Shown here in pieces: positions 6,656-16,255 of a stretch of DNA of 35,766 bases (the stretch's first letter is position 1; every line of letters starts with the position of its first letter). The notes beneath the pieces are model-generated. The model searched no databases, was not told the origin of the DNA, and saw only the letters and a list, made by a program, of their open reading frames with translations. This stretch comes from a virus. Taxonomy: Duplodnaviria > Caudoviricetes. Both the position numbers and the translations under genes were made by a program. The stretch lies in IMG/VR virus record IMGVR_UViG_3300022666_000344, positions 1-35,766 of that record. The stretch is one strand, 5' to 3'.

Positions 6656-8468
6656 AACTGTCGTGCCGTACGCGGCTGTGGAATGGGTCTTGCCGGTCAA
6701 GATGACGGTGAGCGAATGGTCGGATCAATTCCGCAGGCTTGATGTGAAAACGTCGGCCGAGCCCGGGCAGTGGGCGACCGCCCGCACGCCGTATCTCAAG
6801 GGGATCATGGACGCGTTTACGGACCCTTATGTCGATGAGATCACAGTCATGGCGGCCTCGCAGGTTGGCAAGACCGAGGCAATGTACAACATGCTTGGAT
6901 TTATCATCGATCAGGATCCGGGCCCGACACTTATGGTTTCGCCGCGCGCGGATGATGCAAAAAGCGTTTCGTATAACCGCGTCCGGCCTATGATCGAATG
7001 CTCGCCGGTCTTGAACAGGTACATTCCGATCAATACGGACGATATTACGAAGCTCGAATATCATTTCGACCGGATGATTTTATATTTCGCGGGATCCAAC
7101 AGCCCGGCAGACCTTGCCTCGCGGCCGATCCGGTATCTTTTCTTGGACGAGGTCGACAAGTACCCGAAGTTCTCGGGCCGGGAAGCGGATCCTATCAAGC
7201 TGGCATCCGAGCGTCAGAAAACTTTTTGGAATAAAAAGACGGTCAAGGTCTCGACCCCTACTACGCGCGAAGGTTATATCTTCCGCGAGTACGACAGATC
7301 CGACCAGCGCAGGTTTCATCTGCCGTGTCCGCATTGTGGTAAGAAACAGGTTTTACTTTTTGGGCAGATCAAATGGCCGAAGGAAGAATCATCGCCGGAG
7401 AGGATCAAGAACAACCGGCTGGCGTGGTATGAATGCGCGCATTGCAAGAAGCGCATCGATGATATTCATAAACAGAAGATGATGCTGGCGGGCGAATGGA
7501 TCTCGGAAAAAGGCGAGCATAACCGCAACCGGGGTTTCTGGGTCAGTTCCTTGTATTCGCCGTGGCTGACGTGGAGCGACATCGCGGCCGAGTTTCTGAA
7601 ATCAAAAGACTACGTTGAACTATTGATGAACTTCGTCAATTCGTGGCTTGCCGAGGTTTGGGAGGAGAAGATCGAGGAAACAACGGTTGATAAGGTGCGC
7701 AATCTGGCGCGCGATTACGATCAGGGCGTTGTTCCTGATGAGGTATTGGTGCTCACGGCCGGAGTGGACGTGCAGAAAGATCATTTTTATTACGTTATCC
7801 GCGGCTGGGGATATTACGAGGAGTCGTGGCTTATTCGGGCCGACCGCGTTGAGTACTGGGACGATATCATCGATTGTTTGTTCAAGACCGAATACCGCAG
7901 GGCAAGTTCCGCGGAGACTTTGAGCGTCTATCTGGGATGCATCGATTCGGGTTTCAGGACGGATGAAGTGTATCGTTTTTGCCGCGAGTGGCCGGACAAG
8001 ACAAAGGCGATCAAGGGGCTTGAAGAAATTACCGGCGGCCGGTTCTACCGCCCGAACAAGATCGATATTAATTCCCGCACCGGCGCGGTCATTCCGGGCG
8101 GGCTTGTCTTGTGGAATTTAAACGTCACGCAATATAAAGACAAGATCAACCGCCTTGTGACTTCACAGAATCCGGGCAAGTGGCATATTTTCAAGAACCC
8201 TGCAGACGATTATCTGACGCAGTTTACTTCCGAGCATAAAGTTCTCATCCGCAATCGTACGACCGGAAAGGCCAAGGAGGTCTGGCAGAAAAAGAAAGAA
8301 GCCGCGGCTAATCATTATCTGGACGCGGAGGTATACGCGCTGGCGGCCGCGGATATCATCCGGGCCCTGAATATGCGCAAGGAGGATTCACCCCGGGTTC
8401 ATCAGCCGGTTACGGATGAGTCCGGCCGCGGCGGATGGCTTCGCAAAACGAAAGGGTCATGGATTTAA
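6624..8468 (+). CDS. Terminase large subunit, lambda gpA family
   Basis: RTPYL, Walker A ASQVGKTE, Walker B LFLDEVD, STPT, CPHC zinc motif, GVDVQ and NHYLDAEVYA nuclease motifs. Confidence 0.95.
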   Translation: MSIKLGREILKTVVPYAAVEWVLPVKMTVSEWSDQFRRLDVKTSAEPGQWATARTPYLKGIMDAFTDPYVDEITVMAASQVGKTEAMYNMLGFIIDQDPGPTLMVSPRADDAKSVSYNRVRPMIECSPVLNRYIPINTDDITKLEYHFDRMILYFAGSNSPADLASRPIRYLFLDEVDKYPKFSGREADPIKLASERQKTFWNKKTVKVSTPTTREGYIFREYDRSDQRRFHLPCPHCGKKQVLLFGQIKWPKEESSPERIKNNRLAWYECAHCKKRIDDIHKQKMMLAGEWISEKGEHNRNRGFWVSSLYSPWLTWSDIAAEFLKSKDYVELLMNFVNSWLAEVWEEKIEETTVDKVRNLARDYDQGVVPDEVLVLTAGVDVQKDHFYYVIRGWGYYEESWLIRADRVEYWDDIIDCLFKTEYRRASSAETLSVYLGCIDSGFRTDEVYRFCREWPDKTKAIKGLEEITGGRFYRPNKIDINSRTGAVIPGGLVLWNLNVTQYKDKINRLVTSQNPGKWHIFKNPADDYLTQFTSEHKVLIRNRTTGKAKEVWQKKKEAAANHYLDAEVYALAAADIIRALNMRKEDSPRVHQPVTDESGRGGWLRKTKGSWI

Positions 8469-8716
8469 TGGGGCGATGGATAGAAAGAAAATCAAACTGG
8501 CTGAATAACGGCGGGAGTTCCCAGCCCCGGGAGAAGCCGTTCGGCCGACCGCCGAATGATTCATCGGATTACGGCGTTCGTTTTATTCCTATCCGATGCC
8601 CGAAATGTAGAAGCAAAAATACGCGTTGTTATTCAACGCACCCGCCGATCCGGTATCACAGTTGTTATAAATGCGGGCATAATTTCAAATCTGTTGAGGT
8701 AGATGATGAGAAATGA
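8468..8716 (+). CDS. Ogr/Delta-like zinc-finger protein (candidate late activator)
   Basis: CPKC...RYHSCYKCGHNFKSVE; start overlaps the terminase stop (TAATG). Confidence 0.65.
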   Translation: MGRWIERKSNWLNNGGSSQPREKPFGRPPNDSSDYGVRFIPIRCPKCRSKNTRCYSTHPPIRYHSCYKCGHNFKSVEVDDEK

Positions 8717-8720
8717 CTTT

Positions 8721-8773
8721 TTGCTACTCCGTAGTAACGACCCCATTGCAAAAGTATGAGAATTACATATTAT
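8721..8773 (+). promoter_or_regulatory. Candidate late promoter with an upstream palindrome
   Basis: TTGCTAC-TCC-GTAGTAA (8721-8737), then TTGCAA (8746-8751)-16 nt-TATTAT (8768-8773). Confidence 0.45.
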
Positions 8774-8792
8774 TGAAATAGATACACTTTTT

Positions 8793-8878
8793 GCGAGACG
8801 GCTGATCACCGTTTTCGCGCCCAATAGCAATAAAAAGCTCGTTCTGGTGCACCAGCCGGAACGGGCTTTTTTATTGGG
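8793..8878 (+). terminator. Structured leader: small hairpin plus long terminator-like hairpin ahead of the head genes
   Basis: Hairpin 8793-8818 (loop CTGATCA); hairpin 8828-8876 CAATAAAAAGCTCGTTCTGG / CCGGAACGGGCTTTTTTATTG including a U-tract. Confidence 0.7.
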
Positions 8879-8894
8879 TTCAAGAGGAGGACGC

Positions 8895-9110
8895 ATGGCC
8901 GCACCCACAAAACAGGAAATGCTCGAAAACGTCGAGAACGCCATTAACACTTTCATAAGCAATGGCGCGGTTCAATCGTATTCGATTGGTGGGCGGAGCG
9001 TTCATCGTTCGGAACTGCCGGGGCTTATAAAATGGCGCGATCAATTGCGCCGCGAGATCGCCGGTTCAGGTGGGGCGACCACATACGCTTCATTCGGGAG
9101 GCCGTCATGA
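8895..9110 (+). CDS. Head-tail joining protein, gpW-like
   Basis: GAGGAGG RBS; VQSYSIGGRSVHRSELPGLIKWRDQL pattern; immediately before the portal. Confidence 0.8.
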   Translation: MAAPTKQEMLENVENAINTFISNGAVQSYSIGGRSVHRSELPGLIKWRDQLRREIAGSGGATTYASFGRPS

Positions 9111-10717
9111 AGACGCCGCTGACCGAAAAACTATCCAACGGCTTGGACGGCCTTATTTCTTTTTTCTCACCGCGCGCGGGTCTTAAGCGGCGCATGTACC
9201 GCGAAGCTATAAAAGTTACCAGATCGTTTAGTTCTTATAAAGGCGCGTCACGCGACCGTCTTCGTTCATCGTGGATGCCCGGAGGCGGTTCTGCGGATGC
9301 TGACCTCTTGCCGGAGTTGAAAGATATCCGCGAACGGAGCCGCGATTTAAACCGAAACGACGCGCATGCATCCGGCATTACCTCAACCATGACCGTGAAT
9401 GTGGTTGGTTCGGGGATCCGGCCGCAGTCGCGTATTGACAGGGATGAGATCGGGCTTGGTGAAGAAGAAGCGGCAAAGTTTCAGAAAGACGCAGAGCGTG
9501 TCTGGAAGAGATGGATTCCGTATGCGGATGCAGGCAGGCGCATGGACTTTTACGAGATCCAACAGCTTGTCGACCGCCAGATTCTCGAAAACGGGGAAGC
9601 GTTGATCATTCCGATGATGATCGAGGATCCTTCGTGGCCGTATAGAACGGCGTTGCAGGTGATCGAATCTGACCGGCTGGATACGCCTTCGGATAAACGG
9701 GGAGACAAATCAATACGTGCGGGCGTGCGCATAGGCGAAAAGGGCGAAGCGGTTTCGTACTTCATTCAGAAGACGCATCCCGGCGAGTCGCGTATTGCCA
9801 AGAGCGGCGATAAAGAATTCATGGAGATTCCGGCGTTCAATGAATACGGCAGGCGCAATGTCTTTCACCTCTACTACGTTTTACGTTCGGGACAGACGCG
9901 CGGGGTGCCGTTCTTTGCGCCGGTTTTATCTTATTTCAAGGATCTCGGGGAATACGCGGAAGCCGAACTCGTGGCCGCGAGGATTGCCGCGTGTTTCTCG
10001 CTTTTTATAACTTCGGAAGCGTCCATGGACGTATCGGCGGGCGGTGCCTACGAAAGAAATCCTTCAGGTCAGTTTATCGAAAGTCTTGAGCCGGGCATGA
10101 TCAAGCACTTGATGCCGGGCGAAAGCATCACGTCGTTTAATCCACAGCGGCCGGGATCGAGTTTCGAGCCGTTCGTTGACCGCATCCTGAAGGCAATTTC
10201 TGCGGCATTGGGACTTCCGTATGAACTCGTGGCCAAGGATTTCTCGAAAACGAATTACTCAAGCGCGCGGGCGGCGTTGCTTGAGGCGCGGCGTTATTTC
10301 CGGATGCGTCAGGAATGGCTGGCGCAGAAATTCTGCCAGCCGGTCTGGGACATGTTGCTGGAAGAGGCGTATTTAAAGGGCGAGATTTCGGCAGAGACTT
10401 TTTACGAGAAAAGACAGCGGTGGACTGGGGCTTCATGGATCGCGCCGGGTTGGGAATGGGTGGATCCGCTTAAAGAAGCGCAGGCCGCGGAGGTTGGATT
10501 AAGAAACGGGATCGTGACGTATTCGGATCTCTATGCGCAGGACGGCAAGGACTGGGAAGAGTGTTTCGAACAGCGCAAGCGCGAGCAGGAGAAGATGAAG
10601 AAACTTGGACTTGAGGTGCAGGATGAAAACAAAGCAAAAGAAAAGCAGAAAAACACCGGTGAAGAAGGCGAAGAGGATTCTGGCGGGAGCAAAAAGCCAA
10701 ATGGCAATGCCGATTGA
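9107..10717 (+). CDS. Portal protein, lambda family
   Basis: YKGAS, RSRDLNRND, GQTRGVPFFAP, NYSSARAALLE and WVDPLKE motifs. Confidence 0.95.
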   Translation: MKTPLTEKLSNGLDGLISFFSPRAGLKRRMYREAIKVTRSFSSYKGASRDRLRSSWMPGGGSADADLLPELKDIRERSRDLNRNDAHASGITSTMTVNVVGSGIRPQSRIDRDEIGLGEEEAAKFQKDAERVWKRWIPYADAGRRMDFYEIQQLVDRQILENGEALIIPMMIEDPSWPYRTALQVIESDRLDTPSDKRGDKSIRAGVRIGEKGEAVSYFIQKTHPGESRIAKSGDKEFMEIPAFNEYGRRNVFHLYYVLRSGQTRGVPFFAPVLSYFKDLGEYAEAELVAARIAACFSLFITSEASMDVSAGGAYERNPSGQFIESLEPGMIKHLMPGESITSFNPQRPGSSFEPFVDRILKAISAALGLPYELVAKDFSKTNYSSARAALLEARRYFRMRQEWLAQKFCQPVWDMLLEEAYLKGEISAETFYEKRQRWTGASWIAPGWEWVDPLKEAQAAEVGLRNGIVTYSDLYAQDGKDWEECFEQRKREQEKMKKLGLEVQDENKAKEKQKNTGEEGEEDSGGSKKPNGNAD

Positions 10718-10766
10718 GGTTGACGTTTCCTTCACCGATGTGAAAGAGGTGCGAGATGGCCAATAA
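10623..10766 (+). CDS. Possible 47-aa basic peptide overlapping the portal 3' end (absent from the ORF track)
   Basis: GAGGTG RBS then ATG 10623: MKTKQKKSRKTPVKKAKRILAGAKSQMAMPIEVDVSFTDVKEVRDGQ; its stop overlaps the start of the next gene. Confidence 0.4.
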   Translation: MKTKQKKSRKTPVKKAKRILAGAKSQMAMPIEVDVSFTDVKEVRDGQ

Positions 10767-11820
10767 AGACATTTATTTCAGAGCGGATATCGCGCGCGGC
10801 GGGGCTGTGCGGGTTAACCGCAAGGAAGAGGTTATCGAGGGATTTGCTGTCGTAACCAAGGGGGTGACGCATGACGAAAGGGGTGAGTTCGATGACATAG
10901 GACTGGATACTGTCGTTGTGTTGGGCAACAAAATCAAAGCCGGAGTCAAATCGAGGTTCGGTCATCCGAATATGTCTAGTACCGCGCTCGGTACGTTTTT
11001 GGGGAGGACGAAAAATTTCAGGCGTGACGGCGATATCGTCCGCGCGGACCTGCATATCGATCCGACCGCTCATGAAACACCGGACGGCGACTTGGCCGGT
11101 TATGTCATGAACCTTGCCGAAAGCGATCCGCAGGCGTTCGGGTCTTCGATGGTCATCCACTGGGACGAGGAATTCCGCAAGGAGAAAACAAAAGAGGGTG
11201 AGGATCTGCCGCCGTATATCCGCGTGAAGAAGCTTTTGTCCGTGGATATTGTCGATGATCCCGCGGCAAACAATGGTCTTTTCGGGATGCCGTTTTTCTC
11301 GGAAAGCGTCCGGCCGTCGGCGGAAATGACGGCTTTTTTAGATAGATTCCTAAACCAGCCGGAATCGGTTGCGAAGGTGATCGCGTTCTTGGAAAGGTAC
11401 GGGGCAAACAAAAATAAGGAGGAAAAGAAAATGCCAGAAGAAATCACGATGGAAAAGCTTAAGGCGGAACATTCCGGCCTTTACGACTCCATTCACGCGC
11501 TCGGGGTCGAAGAGGGTATCAGAAAAGAGCGCGAACGGGCGGTTTCTATTTTGAAGAAATCGAAGGTGTTCAAGGACATGTCCGATATCGCCGTCGAGGC
11601 GGTCGAGAACGGCGCGACGTTCGAAAACGCGGTCATCAAGTTTCAGGAGAAACAGCTTGATGGTCTGCAGAAAGCGTCGGTGCCGCCATTAGGGCCCGAT
11701 GCGGAGGAGGAACCGATCAAGAAACAGACAACGCATCTGGAGCGCGCGCGTCAGTATCAGAAAGAGCACGGGTGCAGTACCACCGATGCGCTTAAGGCAA
11801 CAGCGGACAAAAGGAAATAA
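10756..11820 (+). CDS. Probable prohead protease/scaffold fusion
   Basis: Between portal and capsid genes; N-terminal domain with FGHP, GSS and SVDIVDDPAA motifs; helical scaffold-like C-terminus. Confidence 0.7.
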   Translation: MANKDIYFRADIARGGAVRVNRKEEVIEGFAVVTKGVTHDERGEFDDIGLDTVVVLGNKIKAGVKSRFGHPNMSSTALGTFLGRTKNFRRDGDIVRADLHIDPTAHETPDGDLAGYVMNLAESDPQAFGSSMVIHWDEEFRKEKTKEGEDLPPYIRVKKLLSVDIVDDPAANNGLFGMPFFSESVRPSAEMTAFLDRFLNQPESVAKVIAFLERYGANKNKEEKKMPEEITMEKLKAEHSGLYDSIHALGVEEGIRKERERAVSILKKSKVFKDMSDIAVEAVENGATFENAVIKFQEKQLDGLQKASVPPLGPDAEEEPIKKQTTHLERARQYQKEHGCSTTDALKATADKRK

Positions 11821-11838
11821 CCAAAAGGAGGTAGGACG

Positions 11839-12192
11839 ATGTCTCAATTCAATATCGGATCAAAAGCATTTATCGCGGGAGAGGAACTTGAAGCTTACCG
11901 CAGGGTCAAGCTGAGTACGGGAAGCGGATCGCAGGTGGAATATGCCGATGCGGGCGAAGCCTGTATCGGGATCACCGCGGCCAAGGCCGCTCTTGGCGAG
12001 CATGTCAGCGTTGATTTAAAGAGTTCCGGCAGGACGTTCAAGATGGTCGCGGCCGGAGCGATCAGCGCGGGAGGCAGTGTTTACGGAGCCATTGACGGGA
12101 AGATCAGCGCAACCGTGAGCGGTTCTATCATCGGCAAGGCGCTGGAAGCATCAACAGGCGACGGTGAAGTTATCGAAGGGCTATTTGCCTAA
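11839..12192 (+). CDS. Head decoration/capsid cement protein (DUF2190-like)
   Basis: Gly/Ala-rich 117 aa (AAGAISAGGSVY...IIGKALEAS..DGEVIE) directly before the major capsid gene. Confidence 0.8.
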   Translation: MSQFNIGSKAFIAGEELEAYRRVKLSTGSGSQVEYADAGEACIGITAAKAALGEHVSVDLKSSGRTFKMVAAGAISAGGSVYGAIDGKISATVSGSIIGKALEASTGDGEVIEGLFA

Positions 12193-12211
12193 TCAAAAGG
12201 AGGAATGAAAC

Positions 12212-13168
12212 ATGCCAGACTATCAGGGAACAAGAGCAGTACCGAGACTCGAGTTGGGGGAAGCGGCGTTGGAGTTTATCCAGTCGCAGGATGAGTTTAT
12301 AGGCACGAGAGTCCTGCCTATTTTTCAAACCAAAAAGAAAGCGAGCATCTTTCCGGCGATCACCCGGGAGAGTATCACGCGCGAAGCTGATACCAAACGC
12401 GCGCCTCGCGGCAACTACAACCGGGACACCTTTCAGGCGAAAGACCGGCAGTACAACTGCGAAGAGCACGGTTTGGAAGGGCCTCTGGACGATTCCGAAC
12501 GGGAAATGTACGCCACGGATTTCGATGCCGAGCTTACGACCGTTCAGATCGTGACGCGCAGGGTTCTGCAGGCGCAGGAGAAGAGGATCGCGTCGAAGGT
12601 TTTCGATACCACGGTTTTTACGGGATCGAAGCTTTTTACCGACTTCTCGACCGCGCCTTGGGATAACGCCTCAAGCGATGTCATCGCTCAGGTGAGAGCC
12701 GCGCGCGAACAGGTGAGGCAGAACTGCGGCATGGAGCCGGGAACGCTCATCATGAGCAAGGCGAACATCGACCGGCTTCTCGGCAACGAGAAGATCAAGG
12801 CCGCGATCCAGTATGTCGCAAGGCTGACGGAAGCGGAGATCCTCAACGCCATGGCAGATATTCTCGGCGTGAAGAGGATCCTTGTTGGCAAGGCGATCTA
12901 CAACACCGCGAAAGAAGGCAAGGCGTTTCAGGGCGCGGATATCTGGAGCGACGATTATGCCATGGTGGCGGTGATCGGCGAGGGGCAGAGACTGTCTGAT
13001 CCGACCGTGGGAAGAACGTTTCTCTGGACGGCGGACAGCCCGGAGAATGCCACTGTCGAGCAGTATCGCGATGATGCGGCCAGAAGCGATATCTTCCGCG
13101 TGCGCCAGCATGTGGACGAGTTGATCGTTGATCCGTATTTCGCGCATCTGATCAAGGTTGACGCTTAA
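12212..13168 (+). CDS. Major capsid protein (lambda gpE-like)
   Basis: 318 aa; RAPRG, YNCEEHGLE and WDNASSDVI motifs; strong RBS; position. Confidence 0.85.
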   Translation: MPDYQGTRAVPRLELGEAALEFIQSQDEFIGTRVLPIFQTKKKASIFPAITRESITREADTKRAPRGNYNRDTFQAKDRQYNCEEHGLEGPLDDSEREMYATDFDAELTTVQIVTRRVLQAQEKRIASKVFDTTVFTGSKLFTDFSTAPWDNASSDVIAQVRAAREQVRQNCGMEPGTLIMSKANIDRLLGNEKIKAAIQYVARLTEAEILNAMADILGVKRILVGKAIYNTAKEGKAFQGADIWSDDYAMVAVIGEGQRLSDPTVGRTFLWTADSPENATVEQYRDDAARSDIFRVRQHVDELIVDPYFAHLIKVDA

Positions 13169-13179
13169 TCACGAGGGAT

Positions 13180-13212
13180 GCCCGGGGGCGTAACTGCTCC
13201 CGGGCCCCTTTT
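13180..13212 (+). terminator. Hairpin after the capsid gene (weak terminator or stabiliser)
   Basis: GCCCGGGGGCG-TAAC-TGCTCCCGGGC followed by CCCTTTT. Confidence 0.5.
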
Positions 13213-13218
13213 GGGGGC

Positions 13219-13569
13219 ATGTTCATGAGCTTAAAAGAACAAATGCCGAAGGATGCTGTCGGTTGTTTCTTGAATATGGGCGAGTTTGCCGAGGAGATCA
13301 CGTATACGACCGGTGCGGGAGTATCCAAGGTAATCCCGGCCGTGGTTGTGCGCTATGAGCTTACACCGGCAGAGGAAAACATCAACCGGTCGCTCAAGAA
13401 ACAGGCAGAGGTTTATATCGCCAATGATGAAACGAACGGTATCGCGGCAGTAAGTAAAGCAGACGACCGCATCACGCTTAAAGACTCGGAAGGATTCGAC
13501 CGCGAGGCTCGTATCAACGATGTCATCAGCCGTGATGAGGGGATGTGGCATCTTCTGGTGGGGTGGTAG
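13219..13569 (+). CDS. Head-tail adaptor (gpFII-like)
   Basis: Position; EFAEEITY motif; beta-rich 116 aa. Confidence 0.65.
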   Translation: MFMSLKEQMPKDAVGCFLNMGEFAEEITYTTGAGVSKVIPAVVVRYELTPAEENINRSLKKQAEVYIANDETNGIAAVSKADDRITLKDSEGFDREARINDVISRDEGMWHLLVGW

Positions 13570-13571
13570 GC

Positions 13572-14180
13572 ATGGTGCAGTTAACCACAGAGATTGATAC
13601 AAGGGCGCTGGACAGGGCGATCAAGATCGCGCCCCGCGTCCTTAAGTTCGAACTGGCGGACGGGCTGGATCGTATTGGCAAGGGGTTTTTGAAACGGTTC
13701 AGACAGCAACAGCTTCAGGGCCCACCGGGTGTGCGAGGCGCGTCCGGTCATGGGCTTTTCGGCACGTTCAAACGGGTGTTTTTGGTGTCACCCGAGATCG
13801 AGGGTATGGGCATCGAGGTCTTTTCGGAATCAAAGATTGCCAAACTGCACGAGACCGGAGGAACGGTCAGGGATCCCGGCGGCAAGCGGCTGGCAGTGCC
13901 GTTGTCGGCGCGGTCGGAGATGTTTACGCCTTCGGGGAAACTCCGAGCGCGGTATAAGAAGCCCAAAGAGCTGAAAAACGTCAGGGCTTTGCGATGGAAG
14001 GGCGAGACGTTTCTTGCCCGGGTGACGAAACGCGCGCAGAAGATTCTGCCGTTGTATGTGCTTAAAAGGTCAGTTCGTATTAAACCGAGGCTGGGGTTTT
14101 ACCGGACATGGGACGGCCTCGTGAATTACCGGATAGATATTTTGAATAAATCGATCGAAAAGGCGTTGAGGAAAATCTGA
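13572..14180 (+). CDS. Tail completion/neck protein
   Basis: Basic protein with AKLHETGGTV and LYVLKRSVRIKPRLGF; position between adaptor and tail terminator. Confidence 0.6.
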   Translation: MVQLTTEIDTRALDRAIKIAPRVLKFELADGLDRIGKGFLKRFRQQQLQGPPGVRGASGHGLFGTFKRVFLVSPEIEGMGIEVFSESKIAKLHETGGTVRDPGGKRLAVPLSARSEMFTPSGKLRARYKKPKELKNVRALRWKGETFLARVTKRAQKILPLYVLKRSVRIKPRLGFYRTWDGLVNYRIDILNKSIEKALRKI

Positions 14181-14647
14181 TGGAAACGGTTAGAGAACGG
14201 ATATTGCAAAACATCAAGACTGTACTTGAAGGCGTGACGATCGCCAACGGGTACAACTTTGATTTTACGCCCGCCACCGTACAGCGCTGGTCGATGCACG
14301 GCAACAGAATGGTTGATATGCCGATGGTGGTGATCAGCCCGGGAGATGAAGACGAGTCGAGCCAGCCGAATCCGTTCGAAGAATGTCTTTTAACTTTGTA
14401 CCTCGACATATTTTTCGTGAACGACGAGAACGACCCGGTGCCGACCGATACGTATTTAAACAGACTGCAGGGAGATATCAAGAAGGCGATCCTGCAGGAC
14501 TCCACGCGCGCGGGCAATGCGGTGGATACGGATGTTCTGGGGACAACGCCTTTTGAGACGACCGAGGCACAGCCGTACGCGGGAATCATCATGGAGGTTC
14601 GCGTCCGCTATCGTCATTTGCGGACGGATCCGACAGCAAAGAACTAA
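14180..14647 (+). CDS. Tail terminator (gpU-like)
   Basis: Acidic 155-aa protein starting RERILQNI, directly before the tail tube. Confidence 0.65.
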   Translation: METVRERILQNIKTVLEGVTIANGYNFDFTPATVQRWSMHGNRMVDMPMVVISPGDEDESSQPNPFEECLLTLYLDIFFVNDENDPVPTDTYLNRLQGDIKKAILQDSTRAGNAVDTDVLGTTPFETTEAQPYAGIIMEVRVRYRHLRTDPTAKN

Positions 14648-14661
14648 AAGGAGGGATTGCA

Positions 14662-15813
14662 ATGTCAATGCTCATAAGAAAACGCCAGCTTGCGGCAAAA
14701 ATTGAGGCGGTCGAAGGTTCTGCGGAAACACTTCTGGCGGCCGACGCAGGCATTCTGGTGAATTTTTCACCGAAGGCAAGTTACGATCCGCAGATGTACC
14801 AGCGCGACCCTGTGCGCGCGTCTTTGACCAAGATGGGGAAACTGGCAGGGAAACGTTCGGCAGGGATCGATTTCAGTATCGAGTTGAAAGGTTCGGGATC
14901 GGTTACGGTTGAGCCGGAGTGGATGCGGTTGGTCAGGGCCTGCGGGTTTCAATCGAACGCGCTTAAGAAAATATCGATTGGGGCGATCACCAGCGGGCCT
15001 TACCAGCATGGAGAGGTCATTACCGGAGATACGTCAGGCGCAGTCGGCCGGGTAGTGATCAAGACCGCGAACGGTGCGGTCGCGCTTTATTATGTCGCGC
15101 TCACCGGAGTTTTTGAGACTGGGGATCACATAACGGGCGCGGATTCCGGTGCGGTCTCGACTGCTTCATCCGATCCGGCAAGCGCGGGTTTTGAAATAAA
15201 GCCGATCAGCAGTTCCGTGGTTTCCTTGACCATGGGGCTTTATGAGGACGGCGTGGCGAAACTTCTTAAAGGTTGCCGCGGGACGGTCAAATTTAACTTC
15301 AAGATCGGCGAACCGGCCACGCTCGATTTCAGCTTCAAGGGCGTTGAGCATGGAGTTACGGATACGCCGATGTTTACCGGTGTGAGCTTTGACGATACGG
15401 TGCCGCCGGTGCTTTTGAACGCGGTCATGTACTGCGACGGCGTGTCGCTTAATGTCGGCGAGATGGAGATCGACGTATCGAATACGCTGGCTTCAAAAGA
15501 CAAGATCGACGATGCAAAAGGGATTTTGTCCTACATGATCACCGGCCGGGATATGCAAGGGTCGTTCAATCCGGAAATGGTGCCGGTTGCTTCGCACGAT
15601 TTCTTCTCCAAGTGGTTCAGCAATGCGCCGATGGTTCTTGATCTGGCGTACGGAGAAACCGATGGCAACAAGTTCCGGTTCTACGCGCCCAGTATCGTTT
15701 ACAACAAAGTCGATGACGGCGACCGTGACGGCATTCAGCTAGCGCAAACGTCGTTCGATCTGACCGGTTCGATGGAGCCGGGGGATGATGAACTCGCATT
15801 ATTACTTTTATAA
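14662..15813 (+). CDS. Major tail tube protein with an inserted accessory domain
   Basis: LAAKIEAVEG N-terminus, GCRGTVKF, DGDRDGI...DDELAL C-terminus; internal twice-repeated G(E/D)xITGxxSGAV motif. Confidence 0.8.
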   Translation: MSMLIRKRQLAAKIEAVEGSAETLLAADAGILVNFSPKASYDPQMYQRDPVRASLTKMGKLAGKRSAGIDFSIELKGSGSVTVEPEWMRLVRACGFQSNALKKISIGAITSGPYQHGEVITGDTSGAVGRVVIKTANGAVALYYVALTGVFETGDHITGADSGAVSTASSDPASAGFEIKPISSSVVSLTMGLYEDGVAKLLKGCRGTVKFNFKIGEPATLDFSFKGVEHGVTDTPMFTGVSFDDTVPPVLLNAVMYCDGVSLNVGEMEIDVSNTLASKDKIDDAKGILSYMITGRDMQGSFNPEMVPVASHDFFSKWFSNAPMVLDLAYGETDGNKFRFYAPSIVYNKVDDGDRDGIQLAQTSFDLTGSMEPGDDELALLLL

Positions 15814-15827
15814 ACAGGAGGTGGTTC

Positions 15828-16253
15828 ATGCTTACAGGAATTGATGTCAATGCTACGCGTGAATATGTGTCAAAACTTGATCCGGACAAAGAAAATCCAA
15901 GTGTTTTTCATATCGGGCTTCTGGATCCGGTCTTGAGGGCCGAGGTTGACGATGAAAGCAGTACGTATGAGATGAGTTCAACCAACCCCAACGACAAGGC
16001 CAAGGTCAGGCTCAACTGGAACAAGCGGCAGATTACGGCGATCAAGTTCGGGCTTAAGGGCCTGACGAATTTTCTGGATCCCGAGACCAAGAAGCCGATC
16101 GAGCTTAAGTTCGACACGATTCATTACGCGGGCAAGATGAGAAATGTTGTTCCGGACAGGATCATTGCCATGTTCCCGAACGAGTTGAGACAGGAGCTGG
16201 CCGAGGTCATTTTGAACGAATCGAAACTGTCGGAGGGCGAGCAAAAAAACTGA
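15828..16253 (+). CDS. Tail assembly chaperone (gpG-like)
   Basis: Between tube and tape measure; ends ...EQKN on the slippery sequence A AAA AAC. Confidence 0.85.
   Translation: MLTGIDVNATREYVSKLDPDKENPSVFHIGLLDPVLRAEVDDESSTYEMSSTNPNDKAKVRLNWNKRQITAIKFGLKGLTNFLDPETKKPIELKFDTIHYAGKMRNVVPDRIIAMFPNELRQELAEVILNESKLSEGEQKN
16244..16250 (+). other. Programmed -1 ribosomal frameshift site
   Basis: X XXY YYZ heptamer A AAA AAC just before TGA; the -1 frame continues CTG ATC GTG into ORF 16256-16579. Confidence 0.85.
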
Positions 16254-16255
16254 TC

